Origin: an uncultured Thermoplasmata archaeon
Lineage (GTDB): Archaea > Thermoplasmatota > Thermoplasmata > RBG-16-68-12
Assembly: GCA_963768855.1 (NCBI GenBank)
Contig: CAVYJM010000011.1
Location: forward strand, 1-64,000
DNA: 64,000 nt
Reading direction: 5' to 3'
Notes under the pieces: model-generated
What the model was told of the DNA's origin: nothing
What the model saw: only the letters and a program-made list of their open reading frames with translations
The model's database searches: none
Position numbers and translations under genes: made by a program
Shown: piece by piece, positions 45,682 to 54,051 of the stretch
Numbering within the stretch: the first letter of the stretch is position 1
Layout: every line of letters begins with the position of its first letter

Positions 45682-47070
45682 ATGGCGAAGCGCTCTGCGA
45701 AGAAATCTGCGAGGAAGGTTGCCGCGAGGAGGGGACTGAACGGACCCCGGATCGTCGTCGCGCCGCCGGGCCCGAAGTCGAAAGCCGCGCTGGAACGCAA
45801 GGAGAAGTTCGTGACCAAGGGCCTGCGCGTCGGCCTGCCCCTCGAGCTGACGAGAGCCGAGGGTCCCTTCGTGCAGGACGCGGACGGCAACGTCTACGTC
45901 GACCTGGGCGTCGGCATCGGCGTGCACAACGCGGGCCACCGGCCCCCGGAGGTCATCCGGGCCGCCAAGGCGCAGCTCGACAAGCTCACTCACATCTGCT
46001 ACATGGTCTCCACGTACAAGCCGTACACGGACCTCGCCGAGGTCATGGCGGAGATCTGCCCGCCCGGGATGACGCAGAGCATCTTCCTGAACTCCGGGTC
46101 CGAAGCGGTCGAGAACGCGGTCAAGATCGCCCGCGCGTACACGAAGAAGCCCTGGATCGTCTCCTTCCGCACCGCGTTCCACGGCCGCACGCTGCTCGAC
46201 ATCAGCCTCACGGGCAAGGAGAAGCCCTACCGCGAGGGGTTCGGCCCCCTCGTGCACGAGGTCCTCATCACGGACTACGCTTACCCGTACCGCGACCCGG
46301 AGGGCCGCTCGCCCGCGGAGTGCGCCAAGGCGCGGGTCGAGGAGATCGAGGCGGCGATCACGAAGCCCGAAGTCGTCGGCCAAGTGGGCATGATCGTGGC
46401 GGAGCCCGTGCAGGGCGAGGGCGGCATCATCGTGCCGCCGAAGGAGTTCTTCCCCCTTCTCCGGAAGCTGTGCGACGACCACGGCCTCCTGCTCGTGGAC
46501 GACGAGGTCCAGGCGGGGATGGGCCGCACCGGCCTCCTCTGGGCGATCGACCACTGGAACACGGTCCCCGACCTGCTCGTGAGCGGCAAGGCACTCGGCG
46601 GTGGGCTCCCGCTCGGCGGAGTGACGGGTCCGCAGAAGATCATGGAGGCGCCCGGTCCCGCGAGCCTCGGCGGCACGTTCGGCGGCAATCCGGTCGTGTG
46701 CGCGGCGGCTCTCGAGGCCGTGAAGGGCATCCAGAAGATCCTCCCGAAGGTGCCCCGCCTCGAGGCGCTCATGCACACGCGGCTCGATCAGCTCTACGAG
46801 CGGTTCGAGCGGATCGGCGAGGTGCGCGGCATCGGCGCGATGTGGGGCATCGAGTTCGTGAAGGACCGGCGGACGAAGGAGCCGGACACGGAGCTTGCGC
46901 GCGCCGTCCAGCTGAACGGTTTGAAGAACGGCCTCATGCTCCTGACCGCGGGGTACCACAACAACTGCGTGCGGTTGCTACCCCCGCTGAACATCCCGCT
47001 CCCGCTCATGGGCCGGGCGTTCGACCGGCTCGAGGATACGATCGCCCAGGCCCTGGCGGGCAAGGCGTGA
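45682..47070 (+). CDS. Class-III aminotransferase (GABA aminotransferase-like)
   Basis: NSGSEAVENA, EPVQGEGG, DEVQAG, SGK, GGTFGGNP. Confidence 0.9.
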   Translation: MAKRSAKKSARKVAARRGLNGPRIVVAPPGPKSKAALERKEKFVTKGLRVGLPLELTRAEGPFVQDADGNVYVDLGVGIGVHNAGHRPPEVIRAAKAQLDKLTHICYMVSTYKPYTDLAEVMAEICPPGMTQSIFLNSGSEAVENAVKIARAYTKKPWIVSFRTAFHGRTLLDISLTGKEKPYREGFGPLVHEVLITDYAYPYRDPEGRSPAECAKARVEEIEAAITKPEVVGQVGMIVAEPVQGEGGIIVPPKEFFPLLRKLCDDHGLLLVDDEVQAGMGRTGLLWAIDHWNTVPDLLVSGKALGGGLPLGGVTGPQKIMEAPGPASLGGTFGGNPVVCAAALEAVKGIQKILPKVPRLEALMHTRLDQLYERFERIGEVRGIGAMWGIEFVKDRRTKEPDTELARAVQLNGLKNGLMLLTAGYHNNCVRLLPPLNIPLPLMGRAFDRLEDTIAQALAGKA

Positions 47071-47083
47071 GGAGGTGCTGTGC

Positions 47084-48577
47084 ATGGCCCCGCAGGCGGT
47101 GACCCTGCTCCCCGAAGTCCAGAAGAACTACGGAGACCTGAAGAACTTCATTGGAGGGAAGTGGGTCGAGTCCCACGCCACGGAGTGGCTGGACGACACG
47201 AACCCCGCAACGGGACAGCGGATCGCGCGCGTGCCCCTGTCCCCGAAGGAGGAGGTGGACGCCGCCGTGCAGGCCGCGCTCGCGGCGTGGGAGGAGTGGC
47301 GCGAGACGCCACCGATCTCCCGCGCCCGCTACTTCTTCAACCTCCACGACCTCATGGAGCAACACTTCGAGGAGCTTGCGCGGATCATCTCGCAGGACCA
47401 CGGGAAGATCATCGACGAGGCGCGCGGCGAGGTGCGCCGCGCGATCGAGAACGTCGAGGTGGCCTCCGGGATTTCGAGCCTCATGATGGGCTACAACCTG
47501 GAGGACGGCGCGGCGGCAGGGATCGACGAGGAGGTCCTGTACCAGCCCCTCGGCGTTTTCGCGGGGATTAGCCCGTTCAACTTCCCCGCGATGGTCCAGT
47601 ACTGGTTCTGGCCTTACGCGGTGGCCACGGGGAACTGCTGGGTCGCGAAGCCTTCGGAGCAGGACCCGCTGGTCCAGGTCTACATGGCCGATCTGGTCGA
47701 GAAGGCCGGCTTCCCTCCGGGTGTGTTCAACCTCGTGAACGGTGCGAAGGAGAGCGTGGAGGCGATCTGCGACCACCCGGACATACGGGGCGTGTCGTTC
47801 GTCGGCTCGACAGCGATTGCGAAGCTCGTGTACGCGCGCTCCGCGTCCCACGGCAAGCGCGTCCAGTGCGGGGGCGGCGCGAAGAACCTCCTGGTCGTCC
47901 TTCCCGACGCGAAGCTGGACAAGATCGTGCCGAACATGATCTCCTCCGTGTACGGCACCGCGGGCGAGCGGTGCCTCGCGGGCTCCGTGATCGTCGGGCT
48001 CGACGAGGCGCACGATGCGGTCCGCAAGAAGTTCTCGGACGCCGCATCGAAGCTCAAGGTCGGGTACGGGCTTGACGAGACGGTCCAGATGGGCCCCGTG
48101 ATCACGAAGAAGCACCAGGAACGCGTGCTCGGGTACATCGACAAGGGCGAGGCGGAAGGTGCGAAGGTCGCCCTGGACGGCCGCAAGGTGAAGGTCTCCG
48201 GCTACGACGGCTATTTCGTCGGACCGACGGTCCTCGACGCGGTGACCCCCGACATGACCGTGGCCAAGGAGGAGATCTTCGGGCCCGTCGCGAGCTTCTT
48301 CACGATGGAGAACCTCGACGAAGCCATCGAATGGATCAACCGCAGCCCATATGGGAACGCGGCGTCCATCTACACATCGAGCGGAAAGGCGGCGCGCGAC
48401 TTTCGTTACCGCGTCCGCGCGGGGAGCATCGGAATCAACCTCGGCATCGCCGCGGCGATGGCCTACTTCCCGTTCGGAGGGATGAAGAACTCCTTCTTCG
48501 GGGATCTCCACCCCCAGGGCCGGGACGCGGTCCGGTTCTTCACGGAGAGCAAGGTCGTCATCACGCGCTGGGTCTGA
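47084..48577 (+). CDS. CoA-acylating (methyl)malonate-semialdehyde dehydrogenase
   Basis: PFNFPAM, KPSEQDP, FVGS, GERCLA, EIFGP, FFGDLH. Confidence 0.88.
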   Translation: MAPQAVTLLPEVQKNYGDLKNFIGGKWVESHATEWLDDTNPATGQRIARVPLSPKEEVDAAVQAALAAWEEWRETPPISRARYFFNLHDLMEQHFEELARIISQDHGKIIDEARGEVRRAIENVEVASGISSLMMGYNLEDGAAAGIDEEVLYQPLGVFAGISPFNFPAMVQYWFWPYAVATGNCWVAKPSEQDPLVQVYMADLVEKAGFPPGVFNLVNGAKESVEAICDHPDIRGVSFVGSTAIAKLVYARSASHGKRVQCGGGAKNLLVVLPDAKLDKIVPNMISSVYGTAGERCLAGSVIVGLDEAHDAVRKKFSDAASKLKVGYGLDETVQMGPVITKKHQERVLGYIDKGEAEGAKVALDGRKVKVSGYDGYFVGPTVLDAVTPDMTVAKEEIFGPVASFFTMENLDEAIEWINRSPYGNAASIYTSSGKAARDFRYRVRAGSIGINLGIAAAMAYFPFGGMKNSFFGDLHPQGRDAVRFFTESKVVITRWV

Positions 48578-48581
48578 CGCG

Positions 48582-49022
48582 ATGGATCCTCCGGAGCTAA
48601 CCAACTTCGGTTCGCTGATCCGGTTCGCCCTTGGGCTCGAGACCGCGAGCGCCGTGTTCTACCAGGCCGCGGCCGGTCTCCTGGGCCCGGGACTGAAGGC
48701 CGACCTCGCCCGCGAACTCGCGGCGCAGCACGAGGACCGTCGGAGGTTGCTCGAGCGAACCCGGCAGCGGAGCTTGAACGAGATGGTGCTCGAGCCGATT
48801 AGCGGGCTGCAGGGGGCGCGATACGTCGTGGACCCGACTGCGGCAACAGCCCACGAGGTGCCTGCCAAGGCGGCCGCGATCGAGGAGGTCAGCTCCCTCT
48901 TCTACCGCGAGTCATCGGTGGTCGCGAAGTCCCTACTCACGGAGGCGGCTCGGACATTTCTGAAACTGGCCGAGGAAAACGGGCGGAATCTGGCACGCAT
49001 TCATGAGATCCTCGCACACTGA
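48582..49022 (+). CDS. Ferritin/rubrerythrin-like four-helix protein
   Basis: Duplicated E...FY helices. Confidence 0.6.
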   Translation: MDPPELTNFGSLIRFALGLETASAVFYQAAAGLLGPGLKADLARELAAQHEDRRRLLERTRQRSLNEMVLEPISGLQGARYVVDPTAATAHEVPAKAAAIEEVSSLFYRESSVVAKSLLTEAARTFLKLAEENGRNLARIHEILAH

Positions 49023-49262
49023 CCGCGTCGCAAATTAGGGCGGTTAGGCGTACCTAAATGTGCATTCGACGGACGAAGTCCCAGCCATCGTGTTGCCTGA
49101 CAGCACGTCGCAGGGTGGTCGGGTTTCCTCCATGAGACGAACGAATTTCGGCATTCCTAAGAGGTTGTTCGATGGCTGTACTAGGTTCGGACTTGAAACT
49201 TGGTATGTAAAGGAGACTATAAATACCCGGGCCTCCTGAGGTAACTCCGGGAGCAGCGGAAC

Positions 49263-49613
49263 ATGGCAAAGAACCAAATCCCCTGTGAAGGACCCGGGTG
49301 TGCCGGGCTGGTGGCCATCGGGCTTATCGGCTCCGAGCTCAAGCTCAGCGTCCTCCACGGGTTGATGAGCGGCCCGAAGCGCTTCAACGAGCTTCGCGCC
49401 TCCACGGGAATCTGCCAGAGTTCCCTCGCCAAGACCCTCAAGGAACTCGAGGAATCGGGCATCATGGAGCGCCGGGTCATCCTGGATCGTCCCGTGTCGG
49501 TGGAATACCACCTCACGCCGATGGGGGAGGACCTTTCGGACGCGCTTCGTGGCCTGGAGCGTTGGGCCAATCGATGGGTCGTGGCGGAGCATTCCCGAAA
49601 GGTGATCGCATGA
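49263..49613 (+). CDS. HxlR family regulator
   Basis: GPKRFNEL...LKELE...VEYHLTPMG; N-terminal Cys pair. Confidence 0.9.
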   Translation: MAKNQIPCEGPGCAGLVAIGLIGSELKLSVLHGLMSGPKRFNELRASTGICQSSLAKTLKELEESGIMERRVILDRPVSVEYHLTPMGEDLSDALRGLERWANRWVVAEHSRKVIA

Positions 49614-50608
49614 GCAACTTCCGATCGATGGACATGAAGAACGACGCCGTGAGCCGGAGCCCGAAGCCCCGAGAGGAGCGACAGGTCCGCGATACGGCGC
49701 GCTGCCCGAACTGTGGCAGCCTTGCAATCTACGTCGACCCGATCCGCGGCGAGCGGGTCTGTGACAACTGTGGCCTCGTGATCGACCAGGGCATGGTCGA
49801 CCAGGGCCCCGATTGGACCACGTTCGAGGGCGACGACCGGATCCGAGCGGGTCCGCCGCCGTCCGTCATGGCGCCGGACAAGGGCCTCGGCAGCATGGTG
49901 GGCAATGGCCTGCGCGACGCGAAAGGGAACCCGATCGACGCCCGGTCCGTCGCGGCGCTGAACCGCCTGCGCCGCGTGAGCCAGTGGACGCGGTACGACC
50001 GCACGGAGCGCGCGCTGGCCCCTGGCCTCGCGCAGCTCTCGAGCCTGTCCAGCCGCCTCGGTCTCGCCCCGGTCTTCCGGGAGCGGGCTGCAATCCTCTT
50101 GCGCCAGACGATCGAGGCGGGCCTGTCCCGCGGTCGGTCGATGGACGCGATCGTCGCCTCCGTCGTCTACTTGGCGTCCAAGCAGCTCGGTGCGCCCCGC
50201 GGGCTCCACGAGCTGGCCCAGGCGACGGGCGTGACGGTCCACCGGATCAGCCTGACCGCGAAGGTCGTGAGCCGGGAGCTCGGCGTGTTCGCCCGCGCGA
50301 GCCGCGCGGAGGACTTCGTCCCGAGGTTCGCATCCCAGCTCGAGCTCGCACCGCACGTCGGCGAGCGGGCCCTGTCCCTTGTCGGGCAGGTCAAGGACGC
50401 GAAGCTCCTCGAGGCCAACTCTCCCGTGGGCATCGCGGCCGGGGCGCTCTACCTCGCGTCCGAGGAGCTGGATGTCCCCGTGACCCAGGCCCAGATCGCC
50501 CGCCTGACGGGCGTCTCCGAGGTCACGATCCGCAAGCACTACCGTCTGCTCAAGGAAACCTTGACGCAATCCGGGGGGTACAACGAACCGTCCCATGAAG
50601 CCACGTGA
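49610..50608 (+). CDS. tfb: Transcription initiation factor IIB (TFB paralog)
   Basis: Zn ribbon CPNC...CDNC, GPDW B-reader, two cyclin repeats, GVSEVTIRKHY; ATGA overlap with hxlR. Confidence 0.93.
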   Translation: MSNFRSMDMKNDAVSRSPKPREERQVRDTARCPNCGSLAIYVDPIRGERVCDNCGLVIDQGMVDQGPDWTTFEGDDRIRAGPPPSVMAPDKGLGSMVGNGLRDAKGNPIDARSVAALNRLRRVSQWTRYDRTERALAPGLAQLSSLSSRLGLAPVFRERAAILLRQTIEAGLSRGRSMDAIVASVVYLASKQLGAPRGLHELAQATGVTVHRISLTAKVVSRELGVFARASRAEDFVPRFASQLELAPHVGERALSLVGQVKDAKLLEANSPVGIAAGALYLASEELDVPVTQAQIARLTGVSEVTIRKHYRLLKETLTQSGGYNEPSHEAT

Positions 50609-50668
50609 TTCGTCGATTCGAATGATTAAAGAGGCGGACGGGGGTTCTACCCCACCGCCGGAGGCAGC

Positions 50669-50965
50669 TTGATCGCCGGGATCTGCGCAACCTGCGGACT
50701 CCCTAAGGAACTGTGCGTCTGCGAGGACCTGGGTCGCGAGACGACCCTTCTCCAAGTCGACCTCGACACCCGCCGCTATGGCAAGGCCGTGACGGTCGTG
50801 CGGGGTCTCGAATCTCGTCCGGACGAAGCCGCGAAGCTGGCACGCGAGCTCAAGAGGGGACTCGCGACCGGCGGCTCCGGGAAGGACGGTCTCATCGTTC
50901 TGCAGGGAGATCGCCGCAAAGACGTCGTCCGTCTACTGCAACAGAAAGGCTACACGGTCCGCTGA
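50669..50965 (+). CDS. sui1: Translation initiation factor aIF1 (SUI1)
   Basis: CATCGLPKELCVCE, RRYGKAVTVVRG, LATGGSGKDG, LQGD; non-AUG start. Confidence 0.92.
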   Translation: MIAGICATCGLPKELCVCEDLGRETTLLQVDLDTRRYGKAVTVVRGLESRPDEAAKLARELKRGLATGGSGKDGLIVLQGDRRKDVVRLLQQKGYTVR

Positions 50966-51026
50966 GTCTCTCGGGGGCGCGCCTTAATTAGGCGCCGGGA
51001 CGTTCGCTCCCCGCCCAGGGTGAACC

Positions 51027-52061
51027 ATGAAGGCCGTCGTCCTGCCGCGCTATGGAGGGCCCGAGGTCCTGGAGTATGTCGAGGACCGCCCCGAACCCGT
51101 CCCGGGACCGGACGAGGTCCTCCTGCACGTGCACGCGGCGTCCATCAACCATCTCGACCTTGCCGTCCGCGCGGGGATCCCGACGCTGAAGCTCGTGCTC
51201 CCGCACGTGCTCGGCGCGGATGTCGCCGGCGAGGTCGCGCAGCTCGGCTCCGACGTCACGGGCTTCGAGCCCGGCGACCGCGTCGTCGCGAACCCGGGCC
51301 TCACCTGCGGCCACTGCGAGTTCTGCATCGCAGGCCAGGATTCCCTCTGTCGGGACTATCGCATCCTGGGGGAGCACGTTCCCGGCACGTACGCGGAGTA
51401 CGTCGCGGTCCGTGCGAAGAGCCTCCTCTCGATCCCGGTCGACATGGACTGGGCCACCGCCGCGGCGGCTCCCCTGGTGTTCATGACGGCGTGGCGGTTG
51501 CTCGTGACCCGCGCGGCGATCCGGCCCGGGGAGGACGTCCTGATTCTCGGGGCGGGGTCCGGCGTGTCTACGGCGGCGATTCAGATCGCCAAGCTGGCCG
51601 GTTGCACCGTCTACACGACGAGCTCGAGCGACGCGAAGCTCAAGCGCGCGAAGGAGATCGGCGCGGACGTCGTGATCAACTACAAGGAGATGCCCTGGAG
51701 CAAGGCGGTCTGGGAGCTCACGGGGAAGCGCGGCGTGGACGTCGTCCTGGACCACGTGGGCGAGGCCACGTTCAAGGACAGCGTCCGCTCCCTGCGGATG
51801 GGCGGGCGTCTCGTCGTCCCGGGCGCGACCACGGGAGCCCTGCCGCAGCTCGACCTCCGCTATCTGTTCTGGCGGCAGCTCTCGATCCTGGGTTCCACGA
51901 TGGCGAATCAGCGGGAGTTCGAGGAGGTCATGAAGCTCGTGTTCATGGGCCGCCTCAAGCCGGTCGTGGATCGGGTGTTCCCCCTCAGGGAGGCCCGGGA
52001 GGCCCATGCCTACCTCGAGCGCGGTGAGCAGTTCGGGAAGGTCGTCCTGAGCGTCCCGTGA
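51027..52061 (+). CDS. Zinc-binding MDR dehydrogenase/quinone oxidoreductase
   Basis: CGHCEFCIAGQDSLC, GAGSGV, QFGKVVL. Confidence 0.92.
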   Translation: MKAVVLPRYGGPEVLEYVEDRPEPVPGPDEVLLHVHAASINHLDLAVRAGIPTLKLVLPHVLGADVAGEVAQLGSDVTGFEPGDRVVANPGLTCGHCEFCIAGQDSLCRDYRILGEHVPGTYAEYVAVRAKSLLSIPVDMDWATAAAAPLVFMTAWRLLVTRAAIRPGEDVLILGAGSGVSTAAIQIAKLAGCTVYTTSSSDAKLKRAKEIGADVVINYKEMPWSKAVWELTGKRGVDVVLDHVGEATFKDSVRSLRMGGRLVVPGATTGALPQLDLRYLFWRQLSILGSTMANQREFEEVMKLVFMGRLKPVVDRVFPLREAREAHAYLERGEQFGKVVLSVP

Positions 52062-52071
52062 CGGGTTCGCG

Positions 52072-52338
52072 TCACGCCTTCTTCCGGCGTCTCCGTGCCG
52101 CAGGGATCTTGGCCCGGATCTTGTCAAGAAGCTCCTGGGTCTCAGGGAAGTGCTCGGCCTGGTCCAGGGAGAAGAGGAGTTCGCCATCCAGGGCCACGTC
52201 GTAGACGCCGTGGTCCCCGGGCACGAGGCGCAGCCCCGAGAGCTTCGGGCCGAAGGCCTTCAGGATGGCGTCCGCGTCCTGCATCGCCTTGAACTGGTAG
52301 CGGCAAGGCAGGCAGTACGTGATGGTGACTTCGGGCAT
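52072..52338 (-). CDS. Rdx (SelW/SelT-like) thioredoxin-fold protein
   Basis: ITYCLPC, GVYDV, FPE. Confidence 0.88.
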   Translation of the reverse strand: MPEVTITYCLPCRYQFKAMQDADAILKAFGPKLSGLRLVPGDHGVYDVALDGELLFSLDQAEHFPETQELLDKIRAKIPAARRRRKKA

Positions 52339-52377
52339 CCGAGGAAAAAGGAGACAGGCCTCCGATAAGAACCTGTC

Positions 52378-52698
52378 TCAGCCAGGAGACGATTCCTCGG
52401 AGGAACGGTTGCGGGGCGAGCCCTTGCAGGCCACGGACCGGCGGGCCGGTCGGGCCCGGCCGATCCGGAACCTCGCCGCGAACGAAGGACGGGCCAGCTT
52501 GCGGCGTGGCGCCTTCGCGGCGGCGAGGATCCAGGCGATTTCGTCGCGCCCGTATTCTGTGCGGGCATACTCACGCAGGGCGGAGTTCGTTCCCAGTCGC
52601 GGATCCACATCCAGTCGGATTGCGTACATGTCTTGTACCTCGAACGGAGGAAAGACGCCCAAGACGAACCGATTTGACCCGCCAATGACGGCCGTCAT
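52378..52698 (-). CDS. Possible hypothetical protein
   Basis: Fills the gap; LREYARTEYG segment is protein-like; weak. Confidence 0.35.
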   Translation of the reverse strand: MTAVIGGSNRFVLGVFPPFEVQDMYAIRLDVDPRLGTNSALREYARTEYGRDEIAWILAAAKAPRRKLARPSFAARFRIGRARPARRSVACKGSPRNRSSEESSPG

Positions 52699-52742
52699 AT
52701 GACGGCACCATTGATATAGCCCCGGAGGCCCTTGGACCATGC

Positions 52743-53483
52743 ATGGGCCTCTGGGAAGTGTCCTTCCGCACGCAGTATGACTATCCGTTCATCGAGATGT
52801 CCGGACGGCACCCGGGCATCCCCATCTCGATGTGGTGCATCTGGGGCCGCGAGCTCCTCCAGGTCTCCACGCAGGACGAGCACGAGCTCGCGGCGATCGA
52901 GAAGGAGATCAACAAGGCGGGGCGCGTCATCGACAAATGGATCGAGGGGCAGGAGGCTCGCATCTTCATGCTCCGATGCACCTGCGACGCGCTCCGGAAC
53001 AGCCCCTGGAACGTTTGGGAGCCGCACGAGATGTTTGACGCGCCGCCCGCCGTGTTTCAGGACGGCTGGGGGTACTTCCGCGTCCTGAGCTTCGAGGAGG
53101 ACCGCACGCGGGACCTCTTCCGCGACCTGAACAAGCTCGGGCCGACGGAGCTCATTCGGAAGCGCGAGATCCCCCTCAGCTTCCTGCCGACGAGCGTCTG
53201 GGTCAACAGCCTCTTCGGAGACCTCACGGGAAAGCAGATGGACGCGATCCTGAAGGCCCACCGCTACGGGTACTATAACAGTCCGCGCGAAGTCACCACG
53301 GAGAGCGTCGCGCGCAGCCTCGGCGTGAGCCGCTCGACGTACGAGGAGCACCTCCGGAAGGCGGAGAACCGGATCATGGCCTCCATTATCCCTTACCTCC
53401 AGCTGTACGCCGCGGCGGAGAAGCGTCCAGAGCCGATCCTTGAGAAGGGACCGCCGGCGCCCGGCCACGCGCAGGCCGCCTAG
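52743..53483 (+). CDS. Bacterio-opsin-activator-type HTH regulator
   Basis: LTGKQMDAILKAHRYGYYNSPREVT...GVSRSTYEEHLRKAE. Confidence 0.88.
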   Translation: MGLWEVSFRTQYDYPFIEMSGRHPGIPISMWCIWGRELLQVSTQDEHELAAIEKEINKAGRVIDKWIEGQEARIFMLRCTCDALRNSPWNVWEPHEMFDAPPAVFQDGWGYFRVLSFEEDRTRDLFRDLNKLGPTELIRKREIPLSFLPTSVWVNSLFGDLTGKQMDAILKAHRYGYYNSPREVTTESVARSLGVSRSTYEEHLRKAENRIMASIIPYLQLYAAAEKRPEPILEKGPPAPGHAQAA

Positions 53484-53495
53484 GCGAGGCCGGCC

Positions 53496-53948
53496 CTACC
53501 CGGACGGCGGAGCGGAAGGGGGCGCCGCCGGCGGCTTCGCCCCGACTCCCGCGGTCGCGGGCGGCACGGGGGGCAGCGGCACGGGGCTCGTCTCCCCGAC
53601 GACCTTCCCGCGCACGACGGCGCCCTTGTCCACGTAGACGCGGCCGCCCTCGTTCACGACGTCCCCTTGGACCAGCCCGTAGACCTCGACGTCCCCGCCC
53701 GTGGCCTTGCACGCTTTCGTGACGAGCCCTTTGAGGACCGCCTTGCCCGTGCGCTCCGCGAGCAAGTTTCCGGAGACCATTCCGGTGACTTCGCAAACGC
53801 TGTTGTCACGCACGAACAGGTCCCCGCGAACGAGGCCGGTCATTTGCGTCGGCCGCGGGCCGATCACGACGACGGATCCTTCGAAGCGCTCGTCGAGGAC
53901 GCCCCCGCGGAAGATGCGCACCATGAAGTCTGCCTCGACCTCGGCCAA
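53496..53948 (-). CDS. Bactofilin-like beta-helix protein
   Basis: Repeated V.G.L/V units (VRGDL, VTGMVSGNL, VYGLVQGDV, VRGKV) and a Pro-rich tail. Confidence 0.65.
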   Translation of the reverse strand: MAEVEADFMVRIFRGGVLDERFEGSVVVIGPRPTQMTGLVRGDLFVRDNSVCEVTGMVSGNLLAERTGKAVLKGLVTKACKATGGDVEVYGLVQGDVVNEGGRVYVDKGAVVRGKVVGETSPVPLPPVPPATAGVGAKPPAAPPSAPPSG

Positions 53949-54051
53949 GGGGCGGAATTTACTTCAAGATTTCGTCGCGGCGGGTGCCTCCGGACCCATC
54001 CAGGGGCTTACCGAAGCCTTTTGGGGGTCTTGTCCATCGGGAGCCGCGACG

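Noticed and set aside
47006-48604. Long antisense or alternate-frame ORFs (also 707-1879, 33166-34008, 45565-46959, 59063-60604 and similar)
   Set aside because: Shadow ORFs expected in high-GC DNA over clearly identified genes; Arg/Gly/Pro-biased with no motifs
49030-49262. AT-rich intergenic region as ncRNA or small gene
   Set aside because: Explained by the TATAAATA promoter of hxlR-tfb; no convincing structure or ORF
52072-52338. Selenoprotein recoding in the SelW-like gene
   Set aside because: The motif is CLPC with no in-frame TGA
53701-54051. N-terminal extension making Ppc 1016 aa
   Set aside because: Overlaps the antisense bactofilin-like gene; PEPC-like sequence starts near ATG 54052
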